This document shows, piece after piece, positions 38,601-50,600 of a stretch of DNA of 64,000 nucleotides. Within the stretch, counting starts at the first letter, position 1, and each line of letters starts with the position of its first letter. The notes under the pieces were generated by a model. It was not told the origin of the DNA. It made no database searches and saw only the letters and a list, made by a program, of their open reading frames with translations. The translations under genes and the position numbers were made by a program. The stretch is from NCBI GenBank assembly GCA_950097015.1, contig CATNEN010000039.1, positions 2,294,001 to 2,358,000 of the forward strand. The letters run 5' to 3'. This DNA comes from Macrostomum hystrix. Lineage: Eukaryota; Animalia; Platyhelminthes.

Positions 38601-41600
38601 AGCACTTTCCATTTTTCATTTCCGGGCAAACCCGGCCTTCTTTCTTTCTATCGCCACTGCCCCGGATTCGGCGGTGGCACGACGCATTCATTGCCAGCAG
38701 CATCTGCCCTTTTGTACAGAGTGTTCCATCTTCCCCCGTGCCATCACTAATGATGCCCAGCCGGCTGCTGTGAACAAAGTGCCCCACCACGCAGTCGTTC
38801 GCTCTCGCAAGTCAATAACAACAGATCCTGTGGGGAAGGGGGTCGGCCTCGCCATGTTCGATTGTGAGATTTCCCAGGTTGTGAGGCCTGTTAGACAAAC
38901 TAAAATGCTTCTGGTAATTGTCTGAAAAAGCCGTCATCGAGACAGTACCCGGTTCAAGCTTGCGGTATGGATTGTTTCCATAGCAATAACGGGCATGTCA
39001 GTTGTAAGATGTGTGCTTGAGTTACCACCTCATAGGCTGCAGGTAGGCTGTACCTAATTAAAGTGTTAGCACCGACGAAAGCTAGTATTATTAGTCTTAC
39101 CTGGGGGAAAATATCTCGAGCACAGGCTTTAGTCTCACTCATTGAGTTAAAATGAACAAACAAGTTTTTGTTTTCAGTGAGTCGCGATTCGTGAAAATTG
39201 AATGAATCCAAATGATGGCAAATTCAGCGCAACCGAAATCTATTTCCCGAATATCGAGCAAGCTCTCTTCCAACTACTCAGGGGTCATCCAAGACAATGC
39301 GCGACCCTGCGACAGCCGCCGGTTCGAGGAGGTGAAGGGCTGGAACTGCTCCAGCAGCAATGAGAAGTCTGGCGACGACAACACCAAGTGGACGTGCTTC
39401 GACGCAAATCCATCCGATAAGGACTGGATCCCCAAGCCGGGAATAGATCAGCGATGGCAAGGCCCAAACCAAGGCATCACCAACTTTGACAACATCGGCC
39501 TGGCCATGCTGACGGTGTTCCAGTGCATCACAATGGAGGGCTGGACGCAGATCATGTACTATGTGACTGACAGCATGGGTCCTGAGTTCGCCTGGGTGTA
39601 TTTTATTAGTCTCATCATTCTCGGCTCATTCTTTGTCATGAACCTGGTGCTTGGTGTTCTCAGCGGGTGAGCATAAGCCAGATTGTTGCGTGCACGTGTT
39701 TGATACACGAGTCCACACTTGCGACAGTTCACAATGAACTATTGCATTCCCAAATTCGCAGAGAGTTCTCTAAGGAGCGCGAGAAGGCCAAAAAGAAGGG
39801 CAAGTTTCACAAGCAGCGAGAGCGAATGAAGTTTGAAGAGGACTACAACGGCTACATGGAGTGGATCCTGACGGCTGGTGAGCTCTATGCGCTGCTCAGT
39901 CTGCTGAAACCCGCTGATTGGCTGGCGTTAGATAATAATAATAATATTGATAATATTTGCAGGAGGGCTGCGGGCAGTGGCACATCATTTGGTGACACTA
40001 GACCCGCAGCCAGCGAGGAGGCAATTCTGCCCATTTCGCTGACTCCTGAGCACACACGCACACAGATACTGTACGCGGGCATACGCTCACACAGGTGTGT
40101 ACATCTGCCCATGACTTTCTCATTGTCAGGCAGTGTACACTGTCACCGAGCCTTGGAGGTTGGCCCTCAAGGGCGTAAATTGCACGACAAGCCCACAAGC
40201 CTTCTCTCCGCGGCTGCGCCCCAAATAAATGTGGCCTCGCCGTGGAAAATCGAACTTAGGGACTGTGGTGCGAGAGGCAAACGCGATAACCGCTCTGCCA
40301 CCGACCCCCTGGCGTTAGATAATTTTGTCTCTTTTTTAGACCGGGACCTTCCAACCTCCGCAAGCTGATTGGCTGGCGTTAGATTTTTTCGTCTCTTTTT
40401 CTCAGACCGTGACCTCCCGAACTCCGCAAGCTGATTGGTTGGTGCACTCAACATCGTCAACCCATAGATTTGTGCCCCTCCCCTGAGCCAGACCCGGACT
40501 TTCTTCTAGGCAGTACGAAGGCTAATATACCATTAAATAGTAGATACCTTGACTGCAATCTAAAAAATGTTTACTGAGGTGCTCCCGAAAAAACTTTCAG
40601 AGGATCTATCCGACGACGAAGGCGACGAGGAAGAGGAGGAAGGCAGAAGTGAGTGAAACTGAAATTAGTGTCAATTTTGTTCCTTGGGAATTCATTATCC
40701 ATGGCTGTACATTACTTCCTGTAACATCGTTCCCGTCCCTAATTGGGCGATTACTTGTCATTTCGAAAAGTTGCCCGCTTGTTGATGAAGCGCAAAGATG
40801 CGAAATCCAATTGCAGATCATCACTCGCCAACCCGTCAGGGTACGCAGCTAGCCCACTTAAGGAGGCATTGCTAAATTCAGAGATAGGACATTGAGAGTT
40901 TTTCGTTGAAAATTTTGATTTAGAAATTACTAACAATTTTCGTTCGATTGTTGCCCAATCGAACAGAAACAGCTGTGGGTAGCAGCAGCAGCAGCAGCAG
41001 CAGCTAGTCGCCAGTCATTGTTCATCGCCATTGTTCGTAGCCACGCGGCAGTTCCCGATTTGCACTGAACTATTGAGTTTTTGTTTTGCACCGAAAAATC
41101 TTAGTTTTCAGTTGTTTTCGTTGCTAACAGTAGAGATTTAATTTGTTGCGGATTTAACTATAGGTACCAGTAGATCACTGTAACTCGCATGAGCCAGTGC
41201 AATTTAACCTTTTTAACTGGTAAAAACGGTTTATCGTTACAATCGGCTTGATTGAGTCATTTATGATTCAAGCATTCCTTTCAAGATGGAGTCAGGACGC
41301 ATAGCCTGTTAGAGATGGACTGCGCTGATCATTGCGATTCTCATTAAACAAAAAAAAAAACATTTTCATGAGCGATTTCACTCCGTGAAGTTTATTTTGC
41401 TTTTTCGAAGTTCCCATCCCAGAATAACGCGCAGAATCTTGCAGAGCTCAGTTTTTCTGGAAAACCTGTCTCCTCTCGCTTCGCAGGTAATGACCCAGCT
41501 GATTCAGTAGCCGCTGACCCAGCCATTAAGGCCATCCGAAGGCGTCGAAGACGCATTAGAAGTGAGAACTCAGAGCTCTAAACCTCATTGCCGGAAAGCA

Positions 41601-44600
41601 TAACTGGTTCTTAGTCTCAAACAGAGCATAGAAATTAAACCTCACACCTAGTCCCAGCTATTGCGCGGCGCTAAGGCTGTGTACAACTGTTCAGTCCGTG
41701 GACTGGGGTGGCCGCCGAACCGACCCTAATTTCTAACCCAAATGAGTCTGTAGATCGATGCTTATAGAGAGGCTTATCGCCGCAGCACTTTACAAATATA
41801 GGCCGGACTGTTTTAACTCCCGCATTGCGCGCATTGACACCACCGAGTCACACGCACTAGTTCGCACTGCAGCACTCTAGCCTCACCCAGTTACACACAA
41901 CCGCAGGTCAGAACTGCGGCAAGCTCAAGGCTGCTAACTTTTCTGTTGGGCTGAACGAGTTACGAATATGTCAGTCTTTAACGAGTTTTTTTTCCGGAGC
42001 CTGAGTTTCTCAAACAACAGTCGAACAGACAATTAGTCATAATATTAGACTTTTTAAATAAATGGTAATACTGTTAGAGATTTCCTCCATCATGCTTAGC
42101 TTTTAGAGTTCAGCCTTAATTTCTACTATCAGTGCTTTCTTTTGTTCTCCTGTGGACTCAGTTGGCTGTGTATCCAGATGTTGTCTTATAGAGCTTGGTT
42201 TCTGGGGTCGGCAAGCCAAAGCTACTAATTGAGCTCATTCTAATGTACCGGAGTTCAAAGGCGTAAATGTTTTGCTGGAAATGGGGCAAGTAAACTACTC
42301 GTATTAATTTCTCCCAATGAGTTTATTCGGCAATGCATGTTCCGTAAATGCTAATTACAGTTGTGCACAAACGACTTCATAAATATACGAGTAGATTGCC
42401 TGCACTTTAGTTTTCAGAAGAATCATGGTCCAGGAAGTTAATATGCTCAATTAAATGGCTCAAAATGGCTCAAATTATTTTTTGCTTTCGCAGAAAACAT
42501 GCCAGATGAGTCCGACACGAACGAAAAGAATGAGGAGGGCACCAGCTCGAATCCGGAGGCGGGTCAGCACGGAATTCTTCACACAATAACGTGAGCCGCT
42601 GACTAGACATAAGCAGTAGGACTACCAAGCCATTTTACCGCCCGTAAATCCAACGGCGGAATTCCTGCCCCCGGACTTTGCTGAACCCGAACGGAGCAAC
42701 GCAAGCTAATGAAACCTGTATCCATGAAAATGCTTGACCAGCGAAGTCGGAGATGATGCAGGCACATTTCGGTGATGTGCTGATAAAGTTTGAAGGCCTG
42801 GCAATGCCGCACTGAGGCGCAGTGCAAATTCGTATATAGAAGGGTATAATATACAGTGGCTCTTATGCGGCAAACCAGACCTTCGGCCAGAACCATTGAA
42901 TATCCCGGCGGTCTGAAGGGCTGTCGACTTGATTCTTGTTTCAGAAGATGCGCAACAAAAAGTTGGCCCGTGTTCTTGAGCTTCGTGTGCTTTCGTTGCT
43001 CCGTTCGGGTTCAGCCAAAATAATTGTCAGGGGGATTTGGTAGTTCTACTGTTAAAGTTCACTGCGTTGAATGTCCCGATGGTCTAGGCATTCGTCAATG
43101 ATTGTCCCGGAGTTTCCACTGTACTCGAAGCATTCTCATTTTTACTTTCAGCCGCGCCTTCCACAAGTGGAACCGCCGCTGCCGCCGGTTCTGCCGCCGC
43201 TGCGTGAAGTCTCAGGTGGCCTACTGGATCATCATTGTGCTGGTCTTCCTCAACACCGTCGTGCTCGCCACTCAGTTTTATAACCAGCCGCCCTGGCTTG
43301 AGAACTTCCAGAACAAAGCCAACTACGCATTTGTCGCCATGTTCACCTTCGAGATGCTGCTGAAAATGTACTCGCTCGGCATTCGCACCTACTACAGCTT
43401 CTTGTTTAACAAGTTCGACTTCTTCGTTGTTGTCGCTTCTCTAACTGAGGTGGCCCTGACTGAGACGAATGTCATGCCTAACTTGGGCATCTCTGTGCTC
43501 AGGTAATTGTTCCCTATTTTAAGGGAATTTATGCATTGCCAAATATTTCTGCATGTCTCGAACAGAACTTCAAACTGCTGAATTTAGTCCCGTGACACGA
43601 GGCTCCGACATTCCTTCCACCCAGGTGCGCACGTCTGCTGCGCGTCTTCAAGGTCACGCGCCACTGGAGCTCGCTCAGGAATCTCGTGGCGTCGCTGCTG
43701 GCATCGATCAAGAGCATCGCCTCGCTGCTGCTGCTGCTGTTTCTCTTCATTGTGATCTTCGCGCTGCTCGGCATGCAGCTGTTTGGCGGAAAGTTCAACT
43801 TTGAAAACACGGACAAGCCGCGCAGCAACTTTGACTCGTTCTGGCAGTCGCTCATCACAGTGTTCCAGGTTCGCATCCTGAAAGTACTTTTAAAAGAATG
43901 ACAGTCTGACAGTCTGTCCCTGCTCGTGTTTGGCCCTGACTCAATCTAAATTCTGAAATTACAGCACTTTCAGGAACTGATTTTAATGATTTCAGATCCT
44001 CACTGGCGAAGACTGGAACATGGTCATGTACGACGGCATAAACAGCAACGGCGGTGTTGGAAGCGTGGTGGGTATCCTCGTGGCCTTCTACTTTGTCATC
44101 CTGTTCATCTGCGGCAACTACATCCTGCTCAACGTCTTCCTCGCCATCGCCGTGGACAACCTGGCCGACTCGGACAACTCTGAGGACGAAAAGAAGGAGA
44201 CGGACGAAGAGCAGGAGAAGAAGGACGGCGAGGGTGGCGGCGAGCCGGTAGACGGCGCAGCTGAGCCCGGAGAGGGCGGCGAAGATGGCGACGGCAACAA
44301 TGTCGACGGGATCGCAGCGGAGAACTTACGAGGTATGCATGGTTCGGGGTGTCTGACTGCCCCACTGAAGTCCTGAGCTCAAAACCGCTGGGAGGCCTCA
44401 TTTATTTTTTTAGCGCAGCCGCGGAGAGAAGGCTTGGGGCTTATCGCGCAGTTTGAAATTTTATCCCGCGAGGGCCAAGCCAAAGACACAGTGCAAGTGT
44501 ACATAGACTCTCTGACCATCAAAGGTCACGGCAGATGTACACCTGTGGAGTGTGTGCCATTGTGAACTGTCGTAGAATGGAATCGATACAGAACTGATGA

Positions 44601-47600
44601 GAGCTCGAAAATTGGCGCCATTCACCTTTGACAGCCGGCGGCATAGAGCGAAGCATTCGCCTCGACCTCGGCACAGTCGATGTTGACGTCGATAACCATC
44701 GAATGCCGCCGCTCGGCGAGGAGCCAGAAGGCGGCGATGGCGACGACTCCGAGGCCGAGGAGACACCCGTGACAACGGCCAGGCCGCGCCGCCTCTCCGA
44801 GCTGAATATCAAGGAGAAGATTCGGCCGATCCCGGAGGCCTCGTCGCTATTCGTTTTCAGCAGCACCAATCGGTTTCGAGTGCTGTGCCACCGGATCTGC
44901 AACCACTCTTACTTTGGGAGCGTGGTGCTTGTCTGCATCCTGGTTAGCAGCGCCATGCTGGCTGCCGAGGAGCCGGTCAACTCGCAAAACGTCAGGAACA
45001 AGGTGCGCTTCTCCCTGGGGCATTTCGAAAGGGACATTCATTTAACTGTGGATGATTGTGACTGTGGAGTGTTTGTGATGTACATCTTAGTGTGTGTGAT
45101 GTACATCCGAGTGTGTGTGATGTACATCTTAGTGTTTGTGATGTAGATCCTAGTGTGTGTGATGTAGATCCTAGTGTTTGTGATGTACATCCGAGTGTGT
45201 GTGATGTACTTCCTAGTGTTTGTGATGTACATCCTAGTGTTTGTGATGTACATCCTAGTGTTTGTCATGTACATCCGAGTGTTTGTCATGTACATCCGTG
45301 TGTGTGTGATGTACATCCTAGTGTTTGTGATGTAGATCCTAGTGTGTGTGATGTAGATCCTAGTGTTTGTGATGTACATCCGAGTGTGTGTGATGTACTT
45401 CCTAGTGTTTGTGATGTACATCCTAGTGTTTGTGATGTACATCCTAGTGTTTGTCATGTACATCCGAGTGTTTGTCATGTACATCCGTGTGTGTGTGATG
45501 TACATCCTAGTGTTTGTCATGTACATCCGAGTGTGTGTGATGTACATCCTAGTGTTTGTGATGTACGGGCTAAACTGACCTATAATATTTTACAAACGTA
45601 AAACCTTTTCAGATCCTCAACAATTTTGACTACTTCTTCACAACGGTATTTACTTTAGAAATCATTCTCAAGGTAAGTTCCTTTTAAAACTTTTTACTTA
45701 AGTCAAAACATAATGTGACTGCATTTACATGTTTCTTTCTTATTATAAAATTCGTTCGCTTTTTTTCACGCTTATTTCAGGACTGATTAATTGATTGATT
45801 AATTGATTTTAACAGAGGTCATAAGTTCTCATCCTGTGGCGTGGCCGCATTTAGTTTTTTTTATGCCATACTCATTCTTACTCTGCAAGGCGGATATAAT
45901 GATTGCTACTGTTAGTAGTGTATGGAGGATGAGAATGCAGCAGTTGAAATCGCGCTGATTACTGTTAGATTTGCACCAGAGCTCGGTACAATGACAGTCT
46001 CGGTGCGGTAACACCCCCGCCGCTTTCAGGTCACAGCCTACGGCCTCGTGCTGCACGATGGTTCCTTCTGTAGGCAGGCATTCAACCTGCTTGACATCCT
46101 GGTTGTGCTCACAAGCCTAGCGTCATTCTTTCTTGAGTAGGTGGCACACAATAGCTGAGTTTAGAGTCATTCAGGCATTTCTGTTGTGTCCGCGTAATCC
46201 ACGATTTGTTTTATTTCACTCTTCTCTGAGGCTGCGGTCTTTCTCGACTAAAGAATCTTAATTTTCCGCTATTTTAATTAACTAATATAATATAAAAGCT
46301 CTTAACGTAAGCTGTACTGAACTCCGAAAATGAATTACAGAATCCCGAATCTTAATGTACAGAATCCCGAATCTAAATGACAGAATACCGAATCTGTATG
46401 ACAGAATCCCGAATCTGAATGACAGAATCCTGAATCTGAATGACAGAATCCCGAATCTCAATGACAGAATCCCGAATCTGAATGACAGAATCCCGAATCT
46501 CAATGACAGAATCCCGAATCTGAATGACAGAATCCCGAATCTGAATGACAGAATCCCGAATCTGAATGACAGAATCCCGAATCTCAATGACAGAATCCCG
46601 AATCTGAATGACGGAATCCCGAATCTCAATGACAGAATCCCGAATCTCAATGACAGAATCCCGAATCTGAATGACAGAATCCCGAATCTGAATGACAGAA
46701 TACCGAATCCATAAGAATCCTGAATCTGATTGACAGAATCCCGAATCTGAATGACAGAATCCCGAATCTAAATGACAGAATCCTGAATCTGAATGACAGA
46801 ATCCCGAATCTGAATGACAGAATCCGGAATCCATAAGAATCCTGAATCTGACTGACAGAATCCCGAATCTGAATGACAGAATCTCGAATCCATAAGAATC
46901 CCGAATCTGAATGACAGAATCTCGAAATCCATAAGAATCCCGAATCTGAATGACAGAATCTCGAATCCATAAGAATCCCGAATCTGAATGACAGAATCTC
47001 GAATCCATAAGAATCCCGAATCTGAATGACAGAATCTCGAATCCATAAGAATCCCGAATCTGAATGACAGAATCTCGAATCCATAAGAATCCCGAATCTG
47101 AATGACAGAATCTCGAAATCCATAAGAATTCGGAATCTGAATGACAGAATCCCGAATCTGAATGACAGAATCCCGAATCTGGATGACAGAATCCTGAATC
47201 TGAATGACAGAATCCTGAATCTGAATGACAGAATCCCGAATCTGGATGACAGAATCCCGAATCCATAAGAATCCCGAATCTGAATGACAGAATCCCGAAT
47301 CTGAATGACAGAATCCCGAATCTGAATGACAGAATCCTGAATCTGAATGACAGAATCCTGAATCTGAATGACAGAATCCCGAATCTGGATGACAGAATCC
47401 CGAATCCATAAGAATCCCGAATCTGAATGACAGAATCCCGAATCTGAATGACAGAATCCCGAATCTGAATGACAGAATCCCGAATCTGAATGACAGAATC
47501 CTGAATCTGAATGACAGAATCCTGAATCTGAATGACAGAATCCCGAATCTGGATGACAGAATCCCGAATCCATAAGAATCCCGAATCTGAATGACAGAAT

Positions 47601-50600
47601 CTCGAATCCATAAGAATCCCGAATCTGAATGACAGAATCCCGAATCTGAATGACAGAATCCCGAATCTCAGCTATATAAAAGAGAATCCGTATTAAAAAA
47701 ACCCTGAATAAAGTTATATTTTAAAACGGTGAAGTAATTATGTAATTATGTTAATTAAGAAACATTTCTTCTAATCTATCTATAAATCTAAAATCAGAAA
47801 ACCCAGCACTACTCTGTAGCAGTTGTGCTCACAATTTGTTTATACCCACCTGTGTAACATTTGTTTAATTAACTTCGCTATAGTAACTTATAATTTTCTT
47901 ATCACATTGTGTTGATATCATAAAGAAATCTCACGACAATTAATCATTTTGGTTTTGTTTAGTCCTAATTGATTTGCTCTGTTTTTGGTTGTAAAAAATC
48001 AGCACTGACATTGTAATTAATAGCTCTAGTTCGCATTGTGTTGCTAGCACAGCTCATGCAGCGCGTTGTCCTTACTCAACTCGTGCCTTAAATTGCAACA
48101 GGTGGTCACATATGGCCTAATCCTGCACAAGGGTTCCTTCTGCAGGTCCCGGTTCAACCTGTTGGACCTGCTGGTTGTGTTTGTTGCCCTGATTTCTCTG
48201 TTCTCGCCGTGAGTGTTCAGTGAAACAGCCGCAGCAGTGAATGAAAGCTCTTGTTATTGCCCGTTGCTACAAACTTTTGACAGCTTTTAATGCGTCAATA
48301 GCTGTGATGTGAGGCTGCAGAACAGGGCCTGCACGAGTTCGTACCTTTTCGTTTTTGAATGAATAGAAATTTCAATTGCGTTAAATTTAAGTAAAACTGA
48401 AATGCAGTACAAAGACCTATTAAACTGTACAAAGACCAGGGGGTATTTTAAATACCCAAAATACCATAGCAGTTTTTGTTCTTGACGTAGAATGACTTTG
48501 GAAGTCAGTTCATAAGTAAAGGGCGGAAAACTTTGATCCATATGGTGGACTTTCAAAAAAATCGGTCGTTCAGTTTTGGAGCCATCGTGAAGTAGGCCAT
48601 TGGTATTCGAAGTATCCTCGTGGTCTCTTCCCAGGGAGACAAAAAGCGTGCTCTTTCAAAAAGATGTGCCAATGTAGGCTCTGTTGAGAATGCGTTTTGC
48701 TTGCAGATTTTGTGGTGACGGTGAGACGGTCTGTTTAAATGACATCAATTATTTGAGTTCAATAGAAGAAAACTAGTTTTGCTTGCTCGGATTAGGCAAT
48801 GCTTGACAGTCTCAGGTGTAATTCCATCGGGTTGAACAACAGAAAGTAACTGCTCAAAGAACTATTATAGTACCACTCTTGTGAGTGAAATCTGAGCAAA
48901 GTTTTCTACTAGGAGTCGCATTTATTTGCTTGCTATTCATGCAGTCCGACAAATCGTCAATGTAATTTCGCTAGAACCCCTGAATGCAGTCCTGAGATGT
49001 GAAAGAAAGAATGCTTTTAAATGTTTTGCTCTATTTTTGTTGCCAACCCACAGCTCGGAAACTTTTTCCGTGGTGAAGATTCTGCGCGTGCTGCGAGTCT
49101 TGCGACCTCTGAGGGCCATCAACAGGGCCAAGGGGCTCAAGGTGAGCAGGGCTTACAGCTCATCTTTACAGCTCTCGGCTAGGCATTCTTAGCTCACCGC
49201 AAACTTTGAGAACTGCAACAACGATTATGTACAAGGGAGCATTCTAAGCACTGATTGATGATTTCGTGACACCCATTCTGCTGACCTTCAAGCACATGCA
49301 GGCACATACTCTCTCAGGTGTGTACATCTGCCCTGACTTTTCATTGTCAGGCAGTGTACACTTTCACTGTGCCTTGTGATTATCTCTCATAGACGACGAG
49401 CCCCCAAGTCTCCTCTCCGCGGTGACGTCTCAAATTAATGTAGTCCCGCCGCGGATTCGAGCTTAGGTGCCTGAGTAGGACCCGTTTTCGCAGCAGCACT
49501 CTGCACAGCCTTCCAAACATTGAGCATTATTCTCCTTTCATCCAGCACGTGGTCCAGTGTGTGATCGTGGCGGTGAAGAGCATCGGAAACATCATGCTCG
49601 TCACCTTCCTGCTTGAGTTCATGTTCGCCGTCATTGGGGTGCAGCTGTTCAAGGGCAAGTTCAGCCATTGCAACGACCGGTCCAAGTCAACGCCGGCTGA
49701 ATGCCAGGGCAAATTCATCGTCTACAATGACAATGACATTACAAAGCCGAAAGCTGAGGACAGAAACTGGAAAAATTCTCCTCTGAACTTTGACAACGTG
49801 GCCAACGCAATGCTCTCATTGTTCGCAACGTCCACTTTCGAGGGCTGGCCTACGTAAGTGACTGCCAGTTGATTGCGGATCCGTATTCGAGATTAAAGAT
49901 GAAAAAATCACTGCGAGAATTTCGCACCCCCGATTCCAGTCTGCTGTACACGTCCATCGACTCGGACTTGGAGGGCCATGGCGGCACCTACAACAACAGG
50001 CCCCTGATCGCCATGTTCTACATCTGCTACATCATTGTCATCGCCTTCTTCATGGTCAACATCTTCGTAGGCTTTGTGATTGTCACATTTCAGCAGGAGG
50101 GTGAGCAGGAGTACCGAAACTGCGAGCTGGACAAGAATCAGGTGAGAAATCGATCAGTTCCGTTTGATTTTCCTGTAGGCATGCCAAGTCTCATTCCGTT
50201 TGGACTAGCTTTTCACTATCTCATTATCGGGACCGCGAAAATTTTGCAAACCCCTGAACTGCTTTGAAGTATTTCAAAGACTAAAATTCGTACAGTTTTG
50301 AAAGTAAAATTTCAATGCCCTGTATCAATAATGCGCAATATATATGTTTGTTTATACTGTTGTATAGCCAATGCCATGGCAGGCCAACTGACCCTGTTTA
50401 ATCAGACTGGACAGATTAAACAGTCTGCGTGACTGAACCCAAAGCCAATCGAAGTAACTGTGGATATATCGGTCCGCGTTACCTGTACCAACTGTTGCTC
50501 AGATGTGGCATGACGGGTCGCATGTGGATTGGACGCCGTGGCAGACAATCCCTGAGCTATTTCCCCGCTATAAATGTGTCGAGCTTAGAATCCTTGCGCG

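Noticed and set aside
40240-40308. tRNA gene
   Set aside because: A/B boxes are present but I could not build a convincing cloverleaf; it is the head of a SINE
44414-44524. Phase-symmetric 111-nt open segment that could be a II-III linker exon
   Set aside because: It lies within a degenerate SINE copy and has a weak donor (gtcacg); exonisation is unsupported without RNA data
44594-44625. Hammerhead-like core CTGATGA-GAGCTC-GAAA followed by palindromic TGGCGCCA
   Set aside because: Helix I cannot pair and helix II has no loop; CTGAT is more simply the branch point of acceptor 44634
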